The notes: generated by a model not told the origin, from the letters alone. A DNA stretch of 44,265 nucleotides from Bacteroidales bacterium (GCA_037139375.1 JBAXGL010000001.1:1-44265); one strand, 5' to 3'; shown: positions 19,455-28,983, counted from the first letter of the stretch. Program-made: numbers and translations.

Positions 19455-21227
19455 ATGAAAAATCTAAAATATATTCTGTTTAGTCTGCTTGCATTTGCGA
19501 TGACAGCCTGCAACAACGATGCTTTTTTTGAATTACAAAGACCGCCTCAATTTCCTTGGAACAGTGTGTCAGAATTGGAGTTTGCTGCTGTGGCTCCGTA
19601 CAACAAATTTTTCTATACAGGTTGGAGCGCTCCTCAATCCAATCACATTCTGAATCAGGTGATTCAATCAGACTATTTTCGATTTGTTGGCAATGTTGAG
19701 GGATATGCTACTGATCAAGTTTACAAACGTAAATACTCAGATCGCGTTGCCGATGTAGAAGGGTTGTACACAAGTATGTATGGTGTTATTGGGCTGTGCA
19801 ATAATGGGTTAGAGTTTTATAGAACAACTAATAATGATCCATTCCCTTATGCCTCGGATGCCGATAGTGTGAACAACGTGAATAGAATCAAGGGCGAATT
19901 GCTATTTATGCGTGCGTATGCTTATTATCATTTGGCAGTTACATTTTGCCCTCCTTACGGTCATGGCGCAAACAACGATACAAAGATTCTCGTTAAACGT
20001 GACCACATATCATATTCAAGTGAAGATGCATTGAACAATGCACCCGCAACAACTGGAGCAATCTACGATATGATGGTTGCCGATTTGAAAGAAGCAAAAT
20101 CACTTTTGCCAACAGATTGGGTTGATGGTATGCATCTCTCGTATAAAAACAGAGGGAGAGCCAACAAATGGGCTGCTTCAGCAGTGTTAGCTCAAGTCTA
20201 TTTCACAATGGGTAAATTCACTGGAACTGAAAGCGCCTTGACCGAATTGGATGACGTGATTGGCAATGGAGGATACAGCCTGACAACAGATCCATTCGAA
20301 TGCTTCAACAATAGTAGCACCGCATTGCTATCATCTGAAACATCAAGCAAAGAGGTTATATTCTGGAATTTCTGTGCTGACATCAAAATGTTTCCGACCA
20401 TCCATAATTCGTTTCGATTCACCCACTTCAACAAGGCATTTCGTGATGCTAAATTAGGAGGAAATGGAAACACAAGTGCTGGCACAAGTCCGAAATGGAG
20501 TTTCACCGGTTGGTGGCAAATGTGTATGGCTAAAAATGCTTTAGTAGAAATGGGCTGGATGAATAGTGATGGTTCTGAAACAAATACTGCATTGTGGGAC
20601 AAGCGCTACAATAATCCGACTTCAACGGCTGGTTATGTCAACGAAAAGGGGCTTTTTTATCGTTTCGAAGGTTGCTACAAAGACACAATTGAGTTCAATG
20701 CAGCAAAGTTAGCCACTAAACAACTTGGTCGTCGCACAGCGGCTTCTGACGATGGTAAATACATTATTAGCGCGAAATATGCTCCGCTAATTGGCAAAAC
20801 TGAACCCGTAGTATTGGTAAATAAATATTATCGTACAGCGGATGGTAAAATGCAAAACACACCTGTTATCCGTTTAGCAGAATTGTATCTCAATCGTGCT
20901 ATGATAAAGAAAAGAGCCAACATCGCTGGTTGGGCTGCCGACTACAACAAAGTTGCAGCGAGAGCATGGAATGCCACATTAGCAGGTACAGCTTACGTAA
21001 ATAAAACTGATGCGGAAGTCTCTGAAAGAATGATTTTAGTAGAAAGATGGAAAGAGTTGGCTGGTGAAGATGTTTGGTATATACCATTTTGCGAAGCATT
21101 AGGCTATGAGATTGGTCAAGGCGATCGCACTTCAGCCGATAATACGGCAAGTATAAAACCGCCTTATTCATCCGATTATTGGAAAAACTGTATCCCACTT
21201 TCGGAGCTCGATTTTCAACCTAAATAA
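19455..21227 (+). CDS. susD: SusD/RagB glycan-binding lipoprotein
   Basis: Start at ATG 19455 gives MKNLKYILFSLLAFAMTA-C lipobox; GELLFMRAYAYYHL, DLKEAKSLLP, GRANKWAASAVLAQVY, VIRLAELYLNRA, ERWKELAGE; directly after susC. Confidence 0.92.
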   Translation: MKNLKYILFSLLAFAMTACNNDAFFELQRPPQFPWNSVSELEFAAVAPYNKFFYTGWSAPQSNHILNQVIQSDYFRFVGNVEGYATDQVYKRKYSDRVADVEGLYTSMYGVIGLCNNGLEFYRTTNNDPFPYASDADSVNNVNRIKGELLFMRAYAYYHLAVTFCPPYGHGANNDTKILVKRDHISYSSEDALNNAPATTGAIYDMMVADLKEAKSLLPTDWVDGMHLSYKNRGRANKWAASAVLAQVYFTMGKFTGTESALTELDDVIGNGGYSLTTDPFECFNNSSTALLSSETSSKEVIFWNFCADIKMFPTIHNSFRFTHFNKAFRDAKLGGNGNTSAGTSPKWSFTGWWQMCMAKNALVEMGWMNSDGSETNTALWDKRYNNPTSTAGYVNEKGLFYRFEGCYKDTIEFNAAKLATKQLGRRTAASDDGKYIISAKYAPLIGKTEPVVLVNKYYRTADGKMQNTPVIRLAELYLNRAMIKKRANIAGWAADYNKVAARAWNATLAGTAYVNKTDAEVSERMILVERWKELAGEDVWYIPFCEALGYEIGQGDRTSADNTASIKPPYSSDYWKNCIPLSELDFQPK

Positions 21228-21251
21228 TTAGATTTTCCGTTTCTTTAAAAT

Positions 21252-21283
21252 AGAGCCGTGTGACTTGTTATACGGCTCTTTTT
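21252..21283 (+). terminator. Rho-independent terminator/stabilising hairpin after susD
   Basis: AGAGCCGT(GTGA)-CTTG-(TTAT)ACGGCTCT followed by TTTT; perfect 8-bp outer stem extended by G-U/A-U pairs. Confidence 0.75.
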
Positions 21284-21300
21284 AACTATTCTATACCATT

Positions 21301-23517
21301 ATGATGCAAAGAACAGCTTTCTCAATTCTCTTCTTTTTTGCTTTTTTAGCAACTAAGGCAAGCACACAATTACCTATAGACAAAGATATGCCTGCAATTG
21401 CCATCAACGACGATTCGCAGTTGGGTATTCTCAATTCAAGAATGGGCAGCCGATTTTCGCTTAATTTTTTCAGTGGAAAGCGGGGCATTCATTCTGGTTC
21501 ACTAGGTTTCGATTCGGATGAATTTTCTGAATTGTTAGTCGGAGTAGAAGTGGATGGAAAACTCGAAATTCTTCGTACGGCAAATCCGCTCATTAAATCA
21601 AACTACCTGCAAAACCAAACTATGCAGCTCGCGATGACAGGTATGAAACTCAAAGGAACGTCTTCGAAAGATTTGGAGATTTCTATGACCATTGTTTCCC
21701 CTTTCACACCAGCTAAAACGCTTGATGATACTAATGCAATCAAAATGCAGATATCGCCCTTCTTTTATCTTTTGGTAAAAATCAAAAATCCGACGAATGA
21801 AGTAGTAAAAGCTAAATTATTGGTCGGATTAAAGAAATTACCTTATAATCCAACCATGGAATATGCTGTTTGGGGATATGGTTATGGTCGCATTGCAAAC
21901 GAAATCTACTACAAAGACCAAACTGCTGGAAATGCATTAATTTCACTAGAAAGCCTGAACGTAAACACGACTGGATTTGAGAAGGAGGCATTTAATGGGC
22001 TTTCTTATTCATTATCTGTGGCTGCTAAATCTGAAGTGGATGTCAATTATTCTTATACAACCTATTACAATGGTAGAGTGCAGCGTGATAATCGCATCAA
22101 TACAGATTTGAAATACTATTATACTTCAGTCTGGAAAAATATTCAGGAAGTAAAAGCATACGCAAAAGAGAATTTTGATAAGAATATAGCAGCTTCTGCT
22201 CGTTTCGAAAACCTGTTGCTTCGTTCTAAACTTTCAGCTCAAGATAAATGGATGATTGCTCTCTGTTTTCATGCCGATATGGCGAATACTTTTCTTTTGA
22301 CGGATGAGAAGAGTAATCACTATTTTTATTTGCTAGAAGGACGTTTCAAACACCAAAGTACAGTAGATGTGGGTCATGAAACTGAATTAGTTGCATTGTT
22401 TAATCCATGGCGATTGAAAATGCAACTCCAACAGTGGAGTAACTACTTGGCTACCGAACGCGTGAAACGTGAGCCAGAGCGTGGTAGAAAACCATTTTAT
22501 CAGGGGTACAGTGCTGCTGAGTATGGTGCTTATGTGTTGCACGATGTGGGCGATTATCCCTACATCAGCGAAACTTCTGATTACGATTTCGGACCTTATA
22601 TGGCTGCGGAAGAGAATACCAATTATACGATGCTACTCTACTGGTATTGGAAAATATCGGGCGATGATGAGTTTGTTAAACAAAAGCTAGGATTTGTGGA
22701 ATTGCTTCTACATTCGCTTGTTAACCGCGATATCGACGGTAATGGGATAGTCGATCATGCACAAGGTTGGACATCGTTCGATTCAAGTAAATCGCTGCGT
22801 ATTTATACCGAAAATACATACATAGCTGTGAAGCAAATTTCAGCTTATACAATGGCTGCCGAAATGTTTCGCTCGTTAATTACCACTGGTGATCACGAAA
22901 TTGGTGAATTGGTGAAAATGAGCGATGGCGAAGGACAAGGGTTCAAAAATATACTCGATGTGCCGAATGAAGCACTACGGTTGCGTCAAGCAGTTTTTTA
23001 TGATAACGAAGCAAAAAAGATTTTGGCAACGCTCAAAAAAGCTCAAAAACAATACGGATACATCCCCGTTTCGTTGGATAAGAAATATGCCGATGGAAAT
23101 CAGATGTCAGTGGTATTAGGCGATGCACTGATGTATCCTGGTTTTACGAATATGAAGCAGCCAATTATTTCCGAAACAGCGAAACTATTGAAAATTACCT
23201 ACGAAAAAGCGTATCCGCTTTCGTTGAAATCTTATGGTGTTACCTTGACTTCTGCCGAAACCCCAACATGGTTTAGCAAAATAATGGTATCGGATATTGT
23301 GGCAAATCATTGGTTTGGGTCGAAAAACAACTCTACTCGTTTTGCCTATGCCCACAACGTAAACTCTCCGTACACTTATAATGATGGTTTAGAAAGCGAA
23401 TCTAAATCTTGGATTGGATATTTCTACCCACGTGGTGTGGTCAATATTGGTTATTTGTTGAATGAGTCAGGTTTTAGAACAGACGAAAAAGAGGACTTTT
23501 TGAAGGGATTGAAATAA
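21301..23517 (+). CDS. GH52-like / DUF4965 (glutaminase A-like) (alpha/alpha)6 glycoside hydrolase, signal peptide; possible beta-xylosidase
   Basis: Collinear motifs with GH52 as recalled: TIVSPFTP, YYYTSVW, ANTFLL..YLLEGRF (E346), STVDV..FNPW, HDVG, MAAEENTNY, SLVNRD, TSFDS (D494), NTYIAVK, TWFSKI. Confidence 0.6.
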   Translation: MMQRTAFSILFFFAFLATKASTQLPIDKDMPAIAINDDSQLGILNSRMGSRFSLNFFSGKRGIHSGSLGFDSDEFSELLVGVEVDGKLEILRTANPLIKSNYLQNQTMQLAMTGMKLKGTSSKDLEISMTIVSPFTPAKTLDDTNAIKMQISPFFYLLVKIKNPTNEVVKAKLLVGLKKLPYNPTMEYAVWGYGYGRIANEIYYKDQTAGNALISLESLNVNTTGFEKEAFNGLSYSLSVAAKSEVDVNYSYTTYYNGRVQRDNRINTDLKYYYTSVWKNIQEVKAYAKENFDKNIAASARFENLLLRSKLSAQDKWMIALCFHADMANTFLLTDEKSNHYFYLLEGRFKHQSTVDVGHETELVALFNPWRLKMQLQQWSNYLATERVKREPERGRKPFYQGYSAAEYGAYVLHDVGDYPYISETSDYDFGPYMAAEENTNYTMLLYWYWKISGDDEFVKQKLGFVELLLHSLVNRDIDGNGIVDHAQGWTSFDSSKSLRIYTENTYIAVKQISAYTMAAEMFRSLITTGDHEIGELVKMSDGEGQGFKNILDVPNEALRLRQAVFYDNEAKKILATLKKAQKQYGYIPVSLDKKYADGNQMSVVLGDALMYPGFTNMKQPIISETAKLLKITYEKAYPLSLKSYGVTLTSAETPTWFSKIMVSDIVANHWFGSKNNSTRFAYAHNVNSPYTYNDGLESESKSWIGYFYPRGVVNIGYLLNESGFRTDEKEDFLKGLK

Positions 23518-23526
23518 AGTTTCATT

Positions 23527-24675
23527 ATGAGAATGTGCCGATATGCCAATTTGGCTTTTTCCCTTTTATTCTGTATATCTCTTTTTCCCCATTCGTATGG
23601 TGACAGAGGTTGGGGATTAGATTCTGCATTATTGGATGCCCGTTTCCCAGCTTTGGCAGAATGGGCGAAAGCTGGCGTGGAAGGTGGAATCCCCGATTCA
23701 ATTTCTACAAAAGTGCAACTAAAGATTACTCCCAGATCTAATCTCCAAAAAGCCATAGACAGAGTTGCTAAAAAGGGAGGCGTGTTGTTGCTTTTGCCGG
23801 GTGAATATATTATCAATAAGCCAATTTGTGTTCGTTCTGGAGTTACTTTACGCGGAGTATCCAAAAAGTCAGTTATTCTAAGTGTGAAAATTCATGGTTA
23901 TTTTTGGAGCACAAAAAACCAGAAACGAGTCGGAGCTATTTTATTACAAGGTATCGAAAATGCAGGTGTCGAGAACTTAACCGTAAAATATACTGCTGCT
24001 AATTTTGAGCCAAACGACAGAGATTCCGATTCAGCGGCATGGACCATAGATGTTTTTCATAAACCCGAAATGCGGGATACGACGCTTTTTGTTGAAAGTA
24101 TTTGGATACATCAATCGCGCAATTGTTGGGTGCAGGATTGTAACATTCTATGTAGTGGGAGCGACCCGATTCGTATCACTTTGTCCGATCATATTACTTG
24201 TCGGCGCAATTTCATTGATCGCTGCTACAACAAAAACGATGGTGGTATGGGATATTACAACATTTCCAATTCGCGTTATGTGCTTGTTTGTAACGAAAAA
24301 ATAAGAAAACTCAGACATGTCGCCATTCAGAACTTTAGCAAATACAATGTGCTAATTGACAATGAATTGGAAGTAGATATCAATTTTCACGATGGTGATG
24401 AAGGGTACAATTTGGTACAAGGTAATCGTAGTAAGATACCAATCTGGCATAGTTGGGAGCCTATTTCTGTGGGTGTTCCTAAACAACATTTGCCCCCAGG
24501 TAAAGGGAATATCTTGTTTAATAATAGTTTTAAAAATAAAGCTGGTATGAAAGTATTCTCTGATACTAGATGTTGTTATCAGATGAACTATGAATGGAAT
24601 CAATCGCTTGCTTATCCATTTATTAATGACTTAAATCAGAATACATTGTACGCTGTAAAACCAGTAAACAAATAA
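23527..24675 (+). CDS. Secreted right-handed parallel beta-helix (pectin lyase-like) protein
   Basis: EWAKAGVEGGIP, LQKAIDRVAKKGGVLLLLPGEYIINKPI..SGVTLRG cap followed by Asn/Cys-ladder repeats (NCWVQDCNI, HITCRRNFI, YNVLIDNEL, YNLVQGN). Confidence 0.7.
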   Translation: MRMCRYANLAFSLLFCISLFPHSYGDRGWGLDSALLDARFPALAEWAKAGVEGGIPDSISTKVQLKITPRSNLQKAIDRVAKKGGVLLLLPGEYIINKPICVRSGVTLRGVSKKSVILSVKIHGYFWSTKNQKRVGAILLQGIENAGVENLTVKYTAANFEPNDRDSDSAAWTIDVFHKPEMRDTTLFVESIWIHQSRNCWVQDCNILCSGSDPIRITLSDHITCRRNFIDRCYNKNDGGMGYYNISNSRYVLVCNEKIRKLRHVAIQNFSKYNVLIDNELEVDINFHDGDEGYNLVQGNRSKIPIWHSWEPISVGVPKQHLPPGKGNILFNNSFKNKAGMKVFSDTRCCYQMNYEWNQSLAYPFINDLNQNTLYAVKPVNK

Positions 24676-24688
24676 TAGTTGAAACGTT

Positions 24689-25801
24689 ATGAAAAAAATG
24701 GTTTTTTTGAAATGGGGCCTAATTTTCTGTGTTTTGCCTCTTTCTATCCTAGCAAAAAATAGAATAGAATCTTCTTTGAAAACGATTGAAAATCAATGCG
24801 CACAGCTATCATTTGATTTACACGGAGGAGCTATTGTTGATTTTCATTTAAAATCGAATAAAATCAATCCATTTACTTGGAAAGTAACCACTGCACAGAT
24901 GCCTACAAATAATAAAAGTGGTGCTGTTTTTCAGGGACATTTCTTGTGTTTGGGGCGCTGGGGTGCACCTACTGACGGTGAGATGAAAGCAGGAGTACCC
25001 CACAACGGTCAGGCTGGTCGCGATATGTGGTTATTAGATTTTTCCACAAAACTAGGGTTTGCCAAAATGTCAGCCAAAGCACCTATTGATGGTATCACTG
25101 TGGAACGCACCATACAGATGGATGTAAAAAGTGCTGCATATAAAGTAACCGAAAAGGTAAAGAATGTAACCAGTATTGGTCGTTTGTTCAATATGGTGCA
25201 ACATGCCACAATTGGCGCACCTTTTCTTGACTCTACCACCACGATTGCTAGTAACGCCAAACAAGGATTTTTGCAATCAATGTGTTATCCCAATCCTTCC
25301 GCGTATGAATTTGTATTTCCTAATGCTGATGCCGACAGTACCAAAACGCCACTTGATTTATCAACATCGAACAACAAAAATAGCTACGTTTCTACTCATA
25401 TCTTTGCCGATAGCATTGGCTGGATAGTAGCAGCTACGCCAAATAAAAAAATCCTGGTGGGTTACGTTTGGAAAACGAAAGATTATCCTTGGCTCAATCT
25501 TTGGCAGCAATGGGTGGACGGAAAATTGTGGGCAAAAGGGCTCGAATTTGGCACTACTGGTATTGGGAAATCGTATCAAGAGTTATTGGCAGTGGATACG
25601 CGCTTTCATGGCAGACAATCATTTTTCTTTTTGGACGCTACTGAGGTGGTCGAGAAATCTTATATCAGCTTTGAGATGGAAATCTCTGCTGATTTTAAAG
25701 GAGTTGAAAAATTAAAGTTAGAAAATGGAAAAATAGAAATTGTAGAAAAAGGAAATAGTTTTATAAACTACATCCTGAATACTGATTTGATTTTTGAGTA
25801 G
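24689..25801 (+). CDS. Galactose mutarotase/aldose 1-epimerase-fold protein (DUF4432-like), signal peptide
   Basis: DLHGGAIVDF, GHFLCLGRWG..E..GVPHNG, VTEKVKN..NMVQHATIG, DYPWLNLWQ, GLEFGTT: beta-supersandwich pattern with His/His/Glu. Confidence 0.55.
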   Translation: MKKMVFLKWGLIFCVLPLSILAKNRIESSLKTIENQCAQLSFDLHGGAIVDFHLKSNKINPFTWKVTTAQMPTNNKSGAVFQGHFLCLGRWGAPTDGEMKAGVPHNGQAGRDMWLLDFSTKLGFAKMSAKAPIDGITVERTIQMDVKSAAYKVTEKVKNVTSIGRLFNMVQHATIGAPFLDSTTTIASNAKQGFLQSMCYPNPSAYEFVFPNADADSTKTPLDLSTSNNKNSYVSTHIFADSIGWIVAATPNKKILVGYVWKTKDYPWLNLWQQWVDGKLWAKGLEFGTTGIGKSYQELLAVDTRFHGRQSFFFLDATEVVEKSYISFEMEISADFKGVEKLKLENGKIEIVEKGNSFINYILNTDLIFE

Positions 25802-25806
25802 TAGAT

Positions 25807-26727
25807 TTATCTTAAATGCAATGAATCACCCCAGAGCAAGATCCCTTTCTTTTCATTTGGAATTAGCTTCGATTTTTCCATTGCATGTGCGTAAGTCCAG
25901 CGATAACCATTTATGGTTCTAGGATGTCCAAGTTCCATTACATGAGATAATATAGTGAGTTTTGGCTTAACAATCGCTACAGCTTCAGGAAGCGAATTTA
26001 TAATGTCATGGTGTAGAATGAATACATCTACGTTATTAATTTCTGCAAGTTTAACTATGCTGCTATTGTCGCCTGTATGTAGAATTTTCACGCCATTTGT
26101 TTCAATTTCAAACATGAGCATATCATTATTGCTTTCTTTTTTCCAGAAATAATGATCGCCTAAGTGGGTAGTAATGTTGAAACTACCAATTGAAAAAGTT
26201 TTCACTGTATCGGTTTTGAAGTCGCTATCTATCCAATTGCTAATAATCGGCTTGTTCAGCCGCCTCATTTCGTCAATCAAATCATTTCGGTAGTGGTCGA
26301 AGTGAGAGTGCGTAATTAAAAGAGCATCAATGTGTTTTGCAAATCGTTTGGCATCGCGGCAATGAATATCGATTCCGATGTTTCCGCTGTTTGTTTGAAT
26401 CACATATCCCATATTATAGATTTGCCACAGCACTACATTCTTATTTTTAGATTCTGGTTTAGCTAGATTTTTCAGAACATCATTCACCTTTTTGTCTAAT
26501 ATTGAAAGAATAGCTTTTGCTGGTTCATTCTTCTCAATTTTTCTGCCTTGCAGGTATTCTTTATAAACTGTATCTGTACATAAATAGGCAATAGAATCTA
26601 TATATTTTATTTCCGCTATGTTCGTTTCAGGTATTCTCAATTTTGAACTTTCTTTTTTTTGTCCAAATAATGAAAATTGAAGTATAAACAGAAATAGGAT
26701 AAGGCTGTTTGGATGCATTTTAGTCAT
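25807..26727 (-). CDS. Secreted metallo-beta-lactamase-fold hydrolase (UlaG/lactonase-like)
   Basis: YNMGYVI, LLITHSHFDH (HxHxDH), ILHTGDN, SHVMELGH; start moved to ATG 26727 (or 26718) preceding a signal peptide. Confidence 0.8.
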   Translation of the reverse strand: MTKMHPNSLILFLFILQFSLFGQKKESSKLRIPETNIAEIKYIDSIAYLCTDTVYKEYLQGRKIEKNEPAKAILSILDKKVNDVLKNLAKPESKNKNVVLWQIYNMGYVIQTNSGNIGIDIHCRDAKRFAKHIDALLITHSHFDHYRNDLIDEMRRLNKPIISNWIDSDFKTDTVKTFSIGSFNITTHLGDHYFWKKESNNDMLMFEIETNGVKILHTGDNSSIVKLAEINNVDVFILHHDIINSLPEAVAIVKPKLTILSHVMELGHPRTINGYRWTYAHAMEKSKLIPNEKKGILLWGDSLHLR

Positions 26728-26876
26728 GGGTCCTATTTTAGGTTCAAAATAATAGACGAAAATTAAGCAGTAAAGCCTCAATTTGTTTCCATTTCTTTAA
26801 GGTGAAACAGGAAATAATTCGTCTGAATTTATAGTTTCAGACATCTTTTTTAGTAGAACCTTACTTTGAATTTCCC

Positions 26877-28973
26877 ATGCGAAAAGCATTATTTTGCCTA
26901 TTCCTCTCACTTTTTACGTTCTGGGTGCAATCTCAAACACCTCTGAAATTAAATCTTGGCAAGTCAACCATGCCTATTGGTGCTTACTACTATCCCGAAC
27001 ATTGGGATGAAAGCCAATGGGAGCGAGACTTGAAACGGATGTTCGAACTTGGTTTTGAGTTTACGCACATGGCTGAATTTGCATGGGCACGTATCGAACC
27101 TGAGGAAGGGAAATATGATTTTTCGTGGTTGGATAAAAACGTAGAATTGGCTGCCAAATATGGTTTGAAAGTAATTATGTGTACGCCAACTCCTTGTCCA
27201 CCAGCTTGGTTGACTCAAAAGCACCCAGAGATATTGCTCGAAGATGCGTCAGGCTACACAGTCAAACATGGAATGCGACTAAATGCAAACGGCGCAAATC
27301 CGGTTTATCAAGCATACATCAGAAAGGTCGTTATTGAGATGGCGCGTCGCTATGGTCGCAATCCAGCAGTTTGCGGTTGGCAGATTGATAATGAGCCTCA
27401 TTTCGAAGGATTTTATGACTATTCTGATTTTGCACAAGTTGATTTTCGCCGCTGGCTAAAAAATAAATACACAACTATCAATCAGCTAAATGCGGCTTGG
27501 GGTGCTTCTTTTTGGAGTTTGACTTACAATAATTTTGAGCAAATTGTTTGTCCATCTGCCAAAGAATATGCCTCAAGTCCGCATGCTTTTCTCGATTTCA
27601 AACGCTATACTGCTGATGCGTTAGCCTCTGCACTCCGTTTTCAATCTACTTTGTTGCGAGACAACGTCTCACCTAAGCAGTGGATTACGACCAATTTTGC
27701 GTATTACCGCTTTTTGCCAACCGTGGATTTGTTTCGAAGTCGCAATGACCTTGATTTTGCATCGCACACGATGTATCTTTTGTCCACCTATTTAGATGCA
27801 CCCAAAGGCGATTTAGGCTATCGGTTGGGCAGTGGTATGGAACTTTCGTTTTCGGGCGAAATGGCACGGTCGCAAAAAGGATTTACTGGCATTATGGAGT
27901 TACAACCCGGACAAATTAACTGGGGGCAATGGAACGCACAGCCACTTCCCGGCGCAGTTCGTATGTGGATTTGGCACAGTTTCGGACTTGGCGAAAAGTT
28001 TATTTGCACCTATCGTTTTCGTCAACCGCTTTTTGGCAGCGAGCAGTTTCATAAAGGCATAATGGAACCAGACGGCACGACAGTTTCGCCTGGTGGACAA
28101 GAATATGTACAAGCAATAAAAGAAATAAATGCGTTGAAAATCAATTCAAAATCGGGTCAAATACCAACAGAAGTTTCTGGGCGAGCCACTGCTTTTCTTT
28201 GGAAACAAGATAATTTAATGTCGATGGAAACCACCAAAGTCACAAATTCGTGGGATACGTGGCGGCATTATTACAGCTATTATCAAAAGCTGAAATCGAT
28301 GGCTTGCCTCGTAACTTTTATTGCCGAAATTGATAGTTTTGATGTGCGAAAATATCCATTTATGGTAGCGCCAGCTTATGAGATGGTAGACGAAAAAGTC
28401 ATCCAAAAATGGAAAAAATATGTGAGCGATGGCGGGCATTTGGTGCTTTCGGTGCGCACGGGCATGAAAGACAACAACAGCCATTTGTGGCAAACAATGC
28501 TTCAACAACCGATATGGAATCTGATTGGCGCCAAAATAGATGGCTTCGATCAACTACCACCAAGCGAAACGGGAAACATCAATTTTGGAACAGATAAATT
28601 TCAATGGAATGTGTGGGGTGATTTTATTTCGCCCGATAGAAATACAGAAACTTGGGCAACTTACGCCGATCAATATTATGCCGGAAAACCCTGTGTTATA
28701 AAACGTAATTTAGGAAAAGGTTCGGTGGTTTACGTGGGTGTTGAATCGAAAGATATAGCAATGGAGGAAGCCGTATTGCGAAAACTCTACACAACATCCG
28801 GCGCACAAATTCTTGATTTGCCCGACTATGTTTTTGTGGAATGGCGCGATGGTTATTGGGTGGCTGTTAACTATTCGTCTCAGAAATTTGAATTGAATAT
28901 TGCAGATGAAAAGCAAATTGTGTTGGGCGACAAAACGCTGGTTCCGGGAGGAGTAACTGTATGGAAAAATTAA
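26877..28973 (+). CDS. GH42 beta-galactosidase / possible alpha-L-arabinopyranosidase, signal peptide
   Basis: GAYYYPEHW, HMAEFAWARIEPEEGKYDFSWLD, CTPTPCPPAWL, WQIDNEP, IMELQPGQINW, GSEQFHKG. Confidence 0.9.
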   Translation: MRKALFCLFLSLFTFWVQSQTPLKLNLGKSTMPIGAYYYPEHWDESQWERDLKRMFELGFEFTHMAEFAWARIEPEEGKYDFSWLDKNVELAAKYGLKVIMCTPTPCPPAWLTQKHPEILLEDASGYTVKHGMRLNANGANPVYQAYIRKVVIEMARRYGRNPAVCGWQIDNEPHFEGFYDYSDFAQVDFRRWLKNKYTTINQLNAAWGASFWSLTYNNFEQIVCPSAKEYASSPHAFLDFKRYTADALASALRFQSTLLRDNVSPKQWITTNFAYYRFLPTVDLFRSRNDLDFASHTMYLLSTYLDAPKGDLGYRLGSGMELSFSGEMARSQKGFTGIMELQPGQINWGQWNAQPLPGAVRMWIWHSFGLGEKFICTYRFRQPLFGSEQFHKGIMEPDGTTVSPGGQEYVQAIKEINALKINSKSGQIPTEVSGRATAFLWKQDNLMSMETTKVTNSWDTWRHYYSYYQKLKSMACLVTFIAEIDSFDVRKYPFMVAPAYEMVDEKVIQKWKKYVSDGGHLVLSVRTGMKDNNSHLWQTMLQQPIWNLIGAKIDGFDQLPPSETGNINFGTDKFQWNVWGDFISPDRNTETWATYADQYYAGKPCVIKRNLGKGSVVYVGVESKDIAMEEAVLRKLYTTSGAQILDLPDYVFVEWRDGYWVAVNYSSQKFELNIADEKQIVLGDKTLVPGGVTVWKN

Positions 28974-28983
28974 TCAAAAGAAT

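Noticed and set aside
25807-26727. Metallo-beta-lactamase antibiotic resistance gene
   Set aside because: Only the general HxHxDH fold motif is present; the sequence resembles UlaG-like hydrolases rather than B1/B3 beta-lactamases.
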